Assembly: GCA_035501215.1 (NCBI GenBank)
Contig: DATJWL010000129.1
Coordinates: 698 to 64,697, forward strand
DNA from: Casimicrobiaceae bacterium
GTDB lineage: Bacteria; Pseudomonadota; Gammaproteobacteria; Burkholderiales; Casimicrobiaceae
Direction of reading: 5' to 3'
DNA: 64,000 nucleotides
Both the position numbers and the translations under genes were made by a program. Of the stretch, positions 1 to 9,457 are shown one piece after another (the first letter of the stretch is position 1; every line of letters begins with the position of its first letter). The notes under the pieces were generated by a model. It did not search any database. It was not told the origin of the DNA and saw only the letters and a list, made by a program, of their open reading frames with translations.

Positions 1-155
1 CCGTGACTTTCGAATTCACCAAGAACTACAAGTTCACGATTCTCAACAACGAAAACGTATGGGCGAAGGCGATGAATCGCATCGTCAGCGAGAAAGTGCC
101 GGTGGACAAGGCCGTCGACGAGATGATCGCCCGCATCAAGGCCGTAGCTGGGTAG
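1..155 (+). CDS. 3' end of an extracellular solute-binding protein of a carbohydrate-type ABC transporter (5' end outside window)
   Basis: Frame 3 is open from the window edge: ...VTFEFTKNYKFTILNNENVWAKAMNRIVSEKVPVDKAVDEMIARIKAVAG*. It is followed by two MalF/MalG-type permease genes and a MalK/UgpC-type ATPase gene. Confidence 0.6.
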   Translation, partial: VTFEFTKNYKFTILNNENVWAKAMNRIVSEKVPVDKAVDEMIARIKAVAG

Positions 156-160
156 AGCTT

Positions 161-284
161 GTCGTTTCGAGGAGCGTGAGCGACGAGGAATCTGCATTTC
201 GATACGGCCTGATATGCCGCACAGCAGATCCCTCGCGTCGCTCGGGATGACAAAGCGATAATGCTCGGGATGACAAAGCGATAA
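161..284. repeat. REP-like palindromic element (family copy 1) with a 22-nt tandem duplication
   Basis: Left arm gtcgtttcgaggagcgtgagcgacgaggaatctgc (161-195) pairs imperfectly with right arm gcagatccctcgcgtcgctcgggatgac (224-251). gctcgggatgacaaagcgataa occurs twice (240-261, 263-284). Same arm consensus as the elements at 13811 and 35232. Confidence 0.7.
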
Positions 285-290
285 GTCGTC

Positions 291-1169
291 GTGTCCACCA
301 TCGCTCTTCCTCGCGCCGAGCCCGTGCTCCCGGCGGGCCCGGCGAAGAAGCGCCTGTCGCCGTGGCAGGCGTGGGGCGTGATCATGATCGCGCCCTACGT
401 GCTGGTCTTCCTGGTGTTCGTGCTGTACCCGATCGCTTACGGCCTCTGGCTCGCCCGCCACCCGACGAGCTACGTGCACCTCGTCGACGATCCCGTGTTT
501 GCGCGGTCGGTCGTCAACACGCTCATCTTCCTCGTCGTTGGCATCAACTTGAAGATGATCGTCGCGCTGTTCCTGTCCGGGTTCTTCGTGCAGGCACGGA
601 CCTGGATCAAGTGGCTGTCGCTCGTATTCATCCTGCCGTGGGCGGTGCCGTCGATCCCGACCATCCTCTCGATCCGCTTCATGCTCAACCCGGAGTGGGG
701 ACTGGTCAATTCGCTGATCTTCCGCCTGACGGGCGCCGACGGTCCGAACTGGCTGAACGAGCCGTCGATCGCGCTCTCGATGGCGATCCTCGTGCACATC
801 TGGAAGTCGCTGCCGTTCTGGACGCTGATCCTGATCGCCGGCCGGCTCGCCATCCCGGGCGAGCTCTACGAGGCGGCTTCGGTCGACGGCGCCTCGAGCT
901 GGCAGAAGTTCAAGTTCATCACCTGGCCGTCGCTGCAGGCGCTCTACCTAACCTCGTCGATCCTGTCGATGATCTGGACGCTGGGAGACTTCAACAGCGT
1001 GTACCTCCTGACCGGCGGCGGACCGGCGGACCTCACGCACGTGCTTGCCACACTCGGCATTCGCTACCTGCGGCTCGATCAGGTCGACCTCGCGATGGCC
1101 GCGATCGTTTGCGCCTTGCCGCTGGTGCTGCCACTCGTCTACTTCATGATGAAGCGCCTTTCGAGATGA
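291..1169 (+). CDS. carbohydrate ABC transporter permease (MalF/UgpA-type)
   Basis: 292-aa ORF with multiple hydrophobic spans and an EAA loop, ELYEAASVDGASSWQKFKFITWPSL. GTG start. Confidence 0.85.
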   Translation: MSTIALPRAEPVLPAGPAKKRLSPWQAWGVIMIAPYVLVFLVFVLYPIAYGLWLARHPTSYVHLVDDPVFARSVVNTLIFLVVGINLKMIVALFLSGFFVQARTWIKWLSLVFILPWAVPSIPTILSIRFMLNPEWGLVNSLIFRLTGADGPNWLNEPSIALSMAILVHIWKSLPFWTLILIAGRLAIPGELYEAASVDGASSWQKFKFITWPSLQALYLTSSILSMIWTLGDFNSVYLLTGGGPADLTHVLATLGIRYLRLDQVDLAMAAIVCALPLVLPLVYFMMKRLSR

Positions 1170-2017
1170 AGACGCCGACCTGGCGCCAAGTGAGCACGGA
1201 GGCGAAGCTCCTCCTGATCGGCATCCCCGTGCTGATCTGGACGATGCTTCCCATCTATCACCTGTTCCTGTTCTCGATCTCGCCGAAGGAATCGGCATTC
1301 GCCGGCAAGCTCTGGCCCGACCATCCGACACTGCACAACTTCGAGGTGGTGTTTCGGGAACAGCACTATTACTTGAGCCACTTCTGGCTGCAGATCTGGA
1401 ACTCGCTGCTGATCGCGGTCACGGTCGGCGTGCTGACGCTGCTGGTGGCGACCAGTGCCGCGTTCGCCATCAGCCGATTGAAAGTGAAGGGCGGCAGGGC
1501 GGTGATGAATCTTGCGCTCTTCACCTACTTCATCCCGGCTGCGTTCCTCGCGGTGCCGATGTACAAGACGATGAGCACCTACGGACTGCTCAACAGCCAG
1601 TGGGCGCTGATACTCGCGATGGTGACGATCGCCGCGCCGTATTCGATCTGGGTATTGAAGCAGGCCTCGGACAAGCTGCCCTACGAGCTGGACGAGGCGG
1701 CCCGAATCGACGGTGCCTCGCCGCTGCAGCTCTTCCGGCTCGTGTACATGCCGCTGATGATGCCGTCGCTGGTCGCGATCGGCACCTACGCGCTGCTGCT
1801 GGCGTGGAACGAATACCTCTACGCATTCCTGCTGCTGTCCAACGACCGGCAGATCACGCTGGCGGTGGCGCTCGGCAATTTTCTCGCCGCCGACGATTCG
1901 CCGTGGGAGCTGCTGATGACCGTTGGCTTGATCTATGCCCTGCCTCCCGCCGCGATCTACTACGTATTCAAGCGCTACATGGTCGGCGGCCTCACCGCCG
2001 GCGCGGTGAAGTCATGA
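1166..2017 (+). CDS. carbohydrate ABC transporter permease (MalG/UgpE-type)
   Basis: ATG at 1166 overlaps the upstream stop (ATGA). MKTPTWRQVSTEAKLLLIGIPVLIW...; EAA loop LDEAARIDGASPLQLFRLVYMPLMMPSL. The longer 362-start ORF is only an in-frame upstream extension. Confidence 0.85.
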   Translation: MKTPTWRQVSTEAKLLLIGIPVLIWTMLPIYHLFLFSISPKESAFAGKLWPDHPTLHNFEVVFREQHYYLSHFWLQIWNSLLIAVTVGVLTLLVATSAAFAISRLKVKGGRAVMNLALFTYFIPAAFLAVPMYKTMSTYGLLNSQWALILAMVTIAAPYSIWVLKQASDKLPYELDEAARIDGASPLQLFRLVYMPLMMPSLVAIGTYALLLAWNEYLYAFLLLSNDRQITLAVALGNFLAADDSPWELLMTVGLIYALPPAAIYYVFKRYMVGGLTAGAVKS

Positions 2018-2048
2018 CGCCCCGGCCTCTTTCACTAGGGTAAGCATT

Positions 2049-3122
<1,074 letters not shown>

Positions 3123-3214
3123 CACTTTTGAACGAAGCGCCGTGTGCGGCGTTCCGGAGAGGCCGCGCACGCGGCGCTAGAGCTATCCATCGGTTGCGAG
3201 AGAGGAGGTCGCTC

Positions 3215-4204
3215 GTGGGACGAGTCCTAGCGAAGTTGACTTCAGCTATGCTCGCGGCCTTTCTTGTCGCACCGCTTGCCGCCAGCGCTCAGGAAATGAA
3301 GCAGGTACCTCGCATCGCCTACGTTTACCTCTACCGTCTTGGTCCTTCGGGACCGTTCGCGAGCGCGTTCGACGAGCGGCTCAGGGAGCTCGGCTGGGTT
3401 GACGGGAAGACGATCCACATCGCGTATAAGGACGCGCAGGGCGACGGCGAAAAGCTTGCCGCGATCATGCAAGAGCTGGTCGACTCCAAGATCGACCTCA
3501 TCGTTGCGACCTGCACGCCCGAGGCACGGGCTGCCAAGAAGGCGACTAGCACGATTCCGGTGGTGGTCGCGGCTACGGGCGACCCGGTCAAGTCCGGCCT
3601 GGTCGCGAGCTGGGCACGTCCCGGAGGCAACGTGACCGGCGTTTCCGCCTCGCTGCTGGACCTGAGCGCCAAGCGGATGGAGGTGCTTAAGGAAGTTGCT
3701 CCCAGGGTCAGCCGCGCGACCGTGCTCTGGAATCCGATACGAGGGGACAACGCGATCGAGGTGCAAGTGATGCAGGACGCCGCAAGCAAACTTGGGGTTC
3801 AACTTCAATCGCAGCAGGTGCGCGATCGCGAAGAGATGGAGGTTGCGCTCGATGCAATTACGAAAGATGGGTCGCAAGCGTTCGCGGTAGAAGGCGATCC
3901 GTACGTTTACACCTACGCGTCTCACCTCATCGACTTCGCCGATCGCCGGCGGCTACCCGCGATCTATGACAACCGCTTTTTCGTCGATGCGGGCGGGTTG
4001 ATCTCCTATGGACCCAATCTTCCGGAATTACATCGGCGGGCCGCGGACTATGTCGACAAAATTCTGAAGGGCGCGAAGCCCGCCGATCTTCCCTTCGAGC
4101 AGCCGTCCAGGTTCGAGCTGGTCATCAATCTCAAGGCCGCGAAGGCCCTCGGGATGGCGATTCCGAGATCGGTGCTGCTCCGCGCGGACGAAGTCATTCG
4201 CTGA
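3215..4204 (+). CDS. periplasmic 'ABC transporter substrate-binding protein' family (PF04392-like), orphan
   Basis: GTG at 3215 lies behind gagaggagg and gives a signal peptide, VGRVLAKLTSAMLAAFLVAPLAASAQE. The body (IAYVY..., LVDSKIDLIVATCTPEARAAKKATSTIPVV, PADLPFEQPSRFELVINLKAAKALG) is typical of this family. The ORF track start at 3119 is a possible alternative. Confidence 0.7.
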   Translation: MGRVLAKLTSAMLAAFLVAPLAASAQEMKQVPRIAYVYLYRLGPSGPFASAFDERLRELGWVDGKTIHIAYKDAQGDGEKLAAIMQELVDSKIDLIVATCTPEARAAKKATSTIPVVVAATGDPVKSGLVASWARPGGNVTGVSASLLDLSAKRMEVLKEVAPRVSRATVLWNPIRGDNAIEVQVMQDAASKLGVQLQSQQVRDREEMEVALDAITKDGSQAFAVEGDPYVYTYASHLIDFADRRRLPAIYDNRFFVDAGGLISYGPNLPELHRRAADYVDKILKGAKPADLPFEQPSRFELVINLKAAKALGMAIPRSVLLRADEVIR

Positions 4205-4210
4205 ATTAGC

Positions 4211-5935
4211 ATGGGCAAGACGAGCAGAAAGCTTCGCTCGGCCGAGTGGTTCGGTCGCCACGACCGTGACGGCCTCGTTCACCGCTCGTGGATGAAGAAC
4301 CAGGGCATCCCGCACGACCAGTTCGACGGTCGCCCCGTCATCGGCATCTGCAACACTTGGTCGCAGGCGACACCCTGCAACGCGCACTTCCGCGAACTGG
4401 CTCAGCACGTGCGCGACGGTGTCCTCGACGCCGGCGGCTTCCCGATCGAGTTCCCGGTGATGAGCCTCGGCGAGACGCTGATGCGTCCCACCACCATGCT
4501 CTTCCGCAACCAGGCGGCCATGGACGTCGAGGAGTGCATTCGGGCGAATCCCTATGACGGCGTGGTGCTGATGATGGGTTGTGACAAGACCACCCCCTCG
4601 CTCCTCATGGGCGCGGCGTCGTGCGATCTGCCGACGATCGGCATCTCCGGCGGACCGATGCTCAACGGCAAGTTCCGCGGCGAGGACATCGGCTCGGGGA
4701 CGCACGTGTGGAAGTTCACCGAGATGCTCAAGACCGGCGAGATGAAGGAAGCCGACATGGTCGAGGCGGAGTCGTGCATGTCGCGCTCCGCGGGTCACTG
4801 CATGACGATGGGCACAGCTTCCACGATGGCCTCGATGGTAGAGGCGCTGGGCATGGGCTTGCCGACCAACGCCGCGATTCCTGCAGTCGATTCGCGCCGG
4901 CGTGTGCTCGCGCGCATGGCGGGGCGGCGCATCGTCGAGATGGTGCGCGAAGATCTGCGCATGTCGAAGATCCTCACCAAGGAGGCATTCGAGAACGCGA
5001 TCATGGTCAACGGCGCGATCGGCGGCTCGACCAACGCGGTGGTGCATCTCCTCGCGATCGCAGGGCGCATCGGCGTGAAATTGACGCTCGATGACTGGGA
5101 CCGGCTCGGCCGCGACATGCCATGCCTCGTGAATCTCATGCCGTCGGGCAAGTACCTGATGGAGGACTTTTACTACGCGGGCGGACTCCCGGTCGTCATC
5201 AGGGAGATCGGCAATTACATCCACAAGGATGCGCTCACGGTCAACGGCCGCACGGCCTGGGAGAACGTCAAGGACGCGGTCAACTACAACCCTGCGGTAA
5301 TCACGCCCATTGGCAAGCCGTTCAAGCCGCAGGGCGGGATCGCGGTCCTGCGCGGCAACCTGGCGCCGAAGGGCGCGGTGCTGAAGCCTTCGGCCGCCAC
5401 GCCGAAGCTGATGAAGCACAAGGGCCGCGCGGTGGTCTTCGAGGACATCGACGATCTTCACCGGCGCATCGACGACCCCGCGCTCGACGTCGACGCCGAT
5501 TGCGTGCTCGTGCTGAAGAACTGCGGGCCGAAGGGCTATCCGGGATTTCCGGAAGTCGGTAACTTCGCCCTTCCGGCGAAGCTCTTGAAGAAAGGTGTCA
5601 CCGACATGGTCCGCGTCTCCGACGCTCGGATGTCGGGCACAGCGTACGGCACGGTGGTGCTGCACACCGCGCCCGAGGCCGCGGCAGGCGGGCCGCTCGC
5701 GCTGGTCGAGAACGGTGACCTGATCGAGCTCGACGTCGCCAAACGCAAGCTCGTTCTGCACGTCTCGGACGCCGAACTTGCGCGCCGGCGCGGTCGCTGG
5801 CGCGCGCCGAAACCGCACAGCGACCGCGGCTGGGTGAAGCTCTATTGCGACACGGTCCTTCAGGCCGACCAGGGCGTCGATCTCGATTTCCTCGTCGGCA
5901 AATCCGGCGCCAAGGTCGGCCGCGAGAGTCACTAG
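4211..5935 (+). CDS. IlvD/Edd-family dehydratase (sugar-acid/pentonate dehydratase-like)
   Basis: 574 aa. PVIGICNTWSQATPCNAHF, VLMMGCDKTTPSLLMG and HCMTMGTASTMASM are typical of the dihydroxy-acid/6-phosphogluconate dehydratase family. Confidence 0.85.
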   Translation: MGKTSRKLRSAEWFGRHDRDGLVHRSWMKNQGIPHDQFDGRPVIGICNTWSQATPCNAHFRELAQHVRDGVLDAGGFPIEFPVMSLGETLMRPTTMLFRNQAAMDVEECIRANPYDGVVLMMGCDKTTPSLLMGAASCDLPTIGISGGPMLNGKFRGEDIGSGTHVWKFTEMLKTGEMKEADMVEAESCMSRSAGHCMTMGTASTMASMVEALGMGLPTNAAIPAVDSRRRVLARMAGRRIVEMVREDLRMSKILTKEAFENAIMVNGAIGGSTNAVVHLLAIAGRIGVKLTLDDWDRLGRDMPCLVNLMPSGKYLMEDFYYAGGLPVVIREIGNYIHKDALTVNGRTAWENVKDAVNYNPAVITPIGKPFKPQGGIAVLRGNLAPKGAVLKPSAATPKLMKHKGRAVVFEDIDDLHRRIDDPALDVDADCVLVLKNCGPKGYPGFPEVGNFALPAKLLKKGVTDMVRVSDARMSGTAYGTVVLHTAPEAAAGGPLALVENGDLIELDVAKRKLVLHVSDAELARRRGRWRAPKPHSDRGWVKLYCDTVLQADQGVDLDFLVGKSGAKVGRESH

Positions 5936-5939
5936 ACAC

Positions 5940-6389
5940 GTGAACGCCCTGCTCATCGCCGCCGCGCACCAGGCTGCAAGATCGTGCTTGGGGGCGTGCG
6001 TATCGATCCTCCTCATCGCGTCCAGCGTCGCCCGTGGTGCCGATGTCCCTACCTTCCGCCAGGGCGTGTGGGAGTACGAGCGGACCGTGGGCACGAACAA
6101 GTTCGTTGCGAAAGAATGCATCGACCCCAGCGAAGAGTTTCGATTGCAGGACACCGCGCTCGGGAAGATGGGGTGCAAGGTGTCACCGACCACGCAAAGC
6201 GGCTCGACGTACACGTTCAACGCCGAGTGTATGGTCAAGCTTCCTTCCGGCGTCGCGACCTGGACCACCACGTCGATGCTCACCGCCGAAAACGACAGTG
6301 CGTATCGGCTGGAGACACACACGGCTCGGAACGGCCGCGTGCGCGACGAAGTGACCACCGCTCGCCGCGTAGCCGATTGCACGCCGTGA
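5940..6389 (+). CDS. exported hypothetical protein (DUF3617-like)
   Basis: 149 aa; N-terminal hydrophobic signal (CLGACVSILLIASSVARGAD), a G-x-WE motif (QGVWEY) and conserved Cys pairs. Confidence 0.6.
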   Translation: MNALLIAAAHQAARSCLGACVSILLIASSVARGADVPTFRQGVWEYERTVGTNKFVAKECIDPSEEFRLQDTALGKMGCKVSPTTQSGSTYTFNAECMVKLPSGVATWTTTSMLTAENDSAYRLETHTARNGRVRDEVTTARRVADCTP

Positions 6390-6410
6390 GCTTGCGGGCT
6401 GCGAGTTAGC

Positions 6411-7049
6411 TTGCCCGTCATCGACTACCTCAATCCGGCGCTTCCAGCGAATCTCGCGCGCGTGCGCATGCCGGTCGTCGACGCGACTGCCTTGGCACTC
6501 GAAGGCTACGGGCGCCTCGTCGATGATCCGGGGCTTTGCACGATCGAGATCGTGCGTTGGCCGGCGCAGGGCCGGCGACCGGTCGATGAGGACACGGGCG
6601 ATGAAGCTGGCACGACCGAAGGCGTGTTCGTGAGCGAGTGGCAGGGCGATGTCCTCTTCGGCCGCAACGAGGCGGTCGGCGGCGAGTACATCCTCGCCTA
6701 CGCGACGGAGCCTGCCGCGGCCGATCGTGCGCATCGGTGCGATCCCGAGCGCATTCTTCTCTGGCACGCCAACTATCATCCCGATGGCGGCCAACTCTTC
6801 TTTCCGCTCGAGCGCCAGCCGTTCATGGTGCCGCTCGCGCTGCCCGGCGACGAGGTCAGGCCGCAGGACTTCGTCTGCTTTCGATTCGACGGTGCGCAGG
6901 GGCTCTACATTCACCCGAACGTCTGGCACGAAGGCGTGTTCGGCGTTTCGGGGTTGCGGCGCTTCTTCGACAAGCAGGGCGCGGTCCACGCGCGCGTCTC
7001 GATCGATTTCGCGCGCGAGTTCGGGTGCCTGCTCGAAGCGCCGCTCTAG
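6411..7049 (+). CDS. ureidoglycolate-lyase-like cupin protein
   Basis: 212 aa, TTG start. ANYHPDGGQLFFPLERQPFMVPLA...FVCFRFDGAQGLYIHPNVWHEGVF resembles the AllA pattern (HP..Q.F.PL...F....G.QG....WH). Confidence 0.55.
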   Translation: MPVIDYLNPALPANLARVRMPVVDATALALEGYGRLVDDPGLCTIEIVRWPAQGRRPVDEDTGDEAGTTEGVFVSEWQGDVLFGRNEAVGGEYILAYATEPAAADRAHRCDPERILLWHANYHPDGGQLFFPLERQPFMVPLALPGDEVRPQDFVCFRFDGAQGLYIHPNVWHEGVFGVSGLRRFFDKQGAVHARVSIDFAREFGCLLEAPL

Positions 7050-7053
7050 CCTG

Positions 7054-7764
7054 CTAGAACTTGCCGTACTTGTTATAGGCCGCGACCGGGTCCATGCCGG
7101 CGACAAGCGCCTGGCGCATCTCGCTCTCGGTGGCCACGACTTCCTCGGTCTTCGCCACCACGTCTTCGGCGATGGCGCGCGGAATCGCGACCACGCCGTC
7201 GCGGTCGCCGAGCAGATAATCGCCGGTCGTGATCGTCACAGCGCCGATCGTGACCGGCTCGCCGAATCGATCGGGCACCCAGCGGGCGACAACGTCCGCC
7301 GGCGTGAGAAACGCGCAGAAGACCGGGAATCCCTGCGCGACAACCAGCTCCGTGTCGCGCGAACCGCCGTCGACGACGAACCCGAGCACGCCGCGCGCGT
7401 GCAGCGTCTGCGCGGAAAGCTCGCCCATCAGCGCGACCTCGTGGTTGTTCGGCTGGCAGACGATGACGTGGCTCTTCGGCGCGCGCGAGAGCAGCGTGCA
7501 CCACGCGAGCAGCGTCTCGTGCCGCGAGCGCGTGCGATCGATGTGGCCGGCGACGGTCCATGCCGGCCCGGCGAGCCGGGTCTCGGGGGTGAGCGGCTTG
7601 ATCCCCGCGGGCAGGACGACGTTCTCGTAGCCGAGGCCGCGCAGCACGTCGTGCACCGCGCCCGTGTAGCAACGCGCGAGCCGTTCGCTGAGTGAGGCAC
7701 TCGCCTTGCGTCCGCGTACGCCCGACGCGGGCGATCGGCGCCGCGGCGTCTTTCTCTCAGCCAC
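7054..7764 (-). CDS. RraA-like protein (RraA / 4-hydroxy-4-methyl-2-oxoglutarate aldolase family)
   Basis: LSERLARCYTGAVHDVLRGLGY..., GELSAQTLHARGVLGFVVDGGSRD and GDRDGVVAIP. The start is uncertain: GTG at 7764 overlaps the upstream gene end by 8 nt, GTG at 7656 would remove conserved N-terminal residues, and ATG at 7875 would overlap 118 nt. Confidence 0.7.
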   Translation of the reverse strand: MAERKTPRRRSPASGVRGRKASASLSERLARCYTGAVHDVLRGLGYENVVLPAGIKPLTPETRLAGPAWTVAGHIDRTRSRHETLLAWCTLLSRAPKSHVIVCQPNNHEVALMGELSAQTLHARGVLGFVVDGGSRDTELVVAQGFPVFCAFLTPADVVARWVPDRFGEPVTIGAVTITTGDYLLGDRDGVVAIPRAIAEDVVAKTEEVVATESEMRQALVAGMDPVAAYNKYGKF

Positions 7765-8854
7765 CAAAGAGCTCGAGCTGGCCCGCGCTCTCGCTTCGCC
7801 GCGGCGGACGGAAGCGCGTGGTGTCGAGTGGCGCGCGATCGAGGTTGAGCCCGAGCCGCTTGCACGCAATCGCAAAGCGCCGCGCGATCAGCTCCACGAA
7901 CTGCCCTTCGCCGCGCATCCGCGAACCGAAATTCGGATCGTTGTCCCGGCCCCCGCGAATCTGCTGCACGATGCTCATCACGTGCTCGGCGCGCAGCGGA
8001 TAATGCTGAGCGAGCCAGTCGCGAAAGAGCGGCGCCACTTCGCGCGGCAGGCGCAGCATGATCCAGGAGGCCCAACGCGCTCCGTTTGCGGCTCCGCCCT
8101 CGAGGATCGCCTCCATGTCGCGATCGGTGAGCTGCGGGATGACCGGAGCGATGCTAACCCCAACTGGAATGCCCGCGTCGGCAAGTGTCTTGACGATCTG
8201 CAGACGCCGCCGCGGCGCGGGAGCTCTCGGGTCGAGCTTGCGGGCGAGCTCCGGATCGAGCACCGCAATCGAGACGTACGCGCGCACCAGTCCCTTCGCG
8301 GCCATCGGCGAGAGCAGATCGAGGTCGCGCTCGACGAGCACTCCCTTGGTCGTGATGGTCAGCGGGTGCTCGCATTCCGACAGCACTTCGATCAACTGGC
8401 GCGTGATCTTCCATTCCCGCTCGATCGGCTGATACGGATCGGTGTTGGTGCCGAGCGCGATCGGCTCGCAGCGGTAGCCGGGCTTCGAGAGCTCCGCGCG
8501 CAAAAGCTCCGCGGCATTCGGCTTGGCGAAGAGCTTCGTCTCGAAGTCGAGGCCGGGAGAGAGATCGAGATAGGCGTGCGTCGGACGCGCGTAGCAGTAG
8601 ATGCAGCCGTGCTCGCAGCCCTGATACGGATTGATCGACTGCGTGAACGGGATGTCGGGCGAATCGTTGTGCGCGATGATGGTGCGCGCGCGCTGGATCG
8701 AGACGGTGGTCTTGAGCGGGGGCAGCGCTTCGTCTTCGGCGAGCGGCGTGGTCCAGCCGTCGTCGAAAGCCTCGCGTTCGTCGCGGCGAAAACGGTTGGC
8801 GGGATTGAACCCGGCGCCGCGGCCCTTGTGTGGACGCGGCGGTGATGCGGTCAT
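7757..8854 (-). CDS. PA0069-type radical SAM protein
   Basis: MTASPPRPHKGRGAGFNPANRF... with CxxxCxxC (CEHGCIYC); 365 aa. The 818-aa ORF in the track is an upstream extension antisense to osmC and metY. Confidence 0.85.
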   Translation of the reverse strand: MTASPPRPHKGRGAGFNPANRFRRDEREAFDDGWTTPLAEDEALPPLKTTVSIQRARTIIAHNDSPDIPFTQSINPYQGCEHGCIYCYARPTHAYLDLSPGLDFETKLFAKPNAAELLRAELSKPGYRCEPIALGTNTDPYQPIEREWKITRQLIEVLSECEHPLTITTKGVLVERDLDLLSPMAAKGLVRAYVSIAVLDPELARKLDPRAPAPRRRLQIVKTLADAGIPVGVSIAPVIPQLTDRDMEAILEGGAANGARWASWIMLRLPREVAPLFRDWLAQHYPLRAEHVMSIVQQIRGGRDNDPNFGSRMRGEGQFVELIARRFAIACKRLGLNLDRAPLDTTRFRPPRRSESAGQLELFGG

Positions 8855-8859
8855 TTTCG

Positions 8860-9285
8860 TCAGGCGACCAACTTCGCGTCCATCGTGATCGTCGCGTTGA
8901 GCACGCGCGAGACCGGACAGTTGGCCTTGGCGTTGGCTGCGATCTCGGCGAACTTCGCGTCGTCGATTTTGGCTACGCGAGCCCGCGTGGTGAGATGGAT
9001 CGAGGTGATGGTCCAGTTGCCGCTCACCTGGTCCATTGTCAGCGCCGCCTCGGTATCGATCGCGTCGGCGGTGAACCCCGCGTTGTTGAGCATGAACGAC
9101 AAGGCCATCGTGAAGCAGGCCGCGTGACCGGCGGCGATCAACTCTTCGGGGTTGGTTCCCTTGCCGTCGCCGAAGCGTGCGACGAAGGAATAGGGCGTGT
9201 CCTTGAGCGTGCCGCTTTGCGTGCTGATGGTTCCGGCACCTTCCTTCACGGTCCCCTGCCAGCGTGCAGATGCCTTGCGTTGCAT
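8860..9285 (-). CDS. osmC: OsmC-family peroxiredoxin
   Basis: 141 aa; WQGTVKEGAGTIST..., TNPEELIAAGHAACF and ANCPVSRVL (two conserved Cys). Confidence 0.85.
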   Translation of the reverse strand: MQRKASARWQGTVKEGAGTISTQSGTLKDTPYSFVARFGDGKGTNPEELIAAGHAACFTMALSFMLNNAGFTADAIDTEAALTMDQVSGNWTITSIHLTTRARVAKIDDAKFAEIAANAKANCPVSRVLNATITMDAKLVA

Positions 9286-9457
9286 TTGTTCTCCTCGGGA
9301 AAGAAACGGGCTTCTGAGGATGAGAGTTTAGGCCCGCACCGGCCGCGCGCCAAGGACTTCGAGTGGCGGAGTGGGCCCCTGACCATTCCGGGAGGCCGCA
9401 GGACGATGCGCGCTCCAATGCGCTACCATAGACTGCCCGAGCGTACGCATCTCCGCG

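Noticed and set aside
362-2017. 551-aa ORF suggesting a fused or overlapping permease
   Set aside because: The first ~268 codons overlap the first permease gene out of frame and are Arg/Pro-rich. The true start is the ATG at 1166, which overlaps the upstream stop.
4028-6421. 797-aa ORF on the minus strand spanning the IlvD/Edd dehydratase and DUF3617 genes
   Set aside because: It is antisense to a gene with strong family motifs. The product is Arg/Ala/His/Gly-rich low complexity with no motif. Long stop-free antisense frames are expected in GC-rich DNA.
9286-9457. Possible SAM-type riboswitch in the osmC-metY divergent spacer
   Set aside because: I could not recognise any SAM-I, SAM-II or SAM-SAH core motif or convincing pseudoknot by eye. 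An Rfam cmscan is needed before making any claim.
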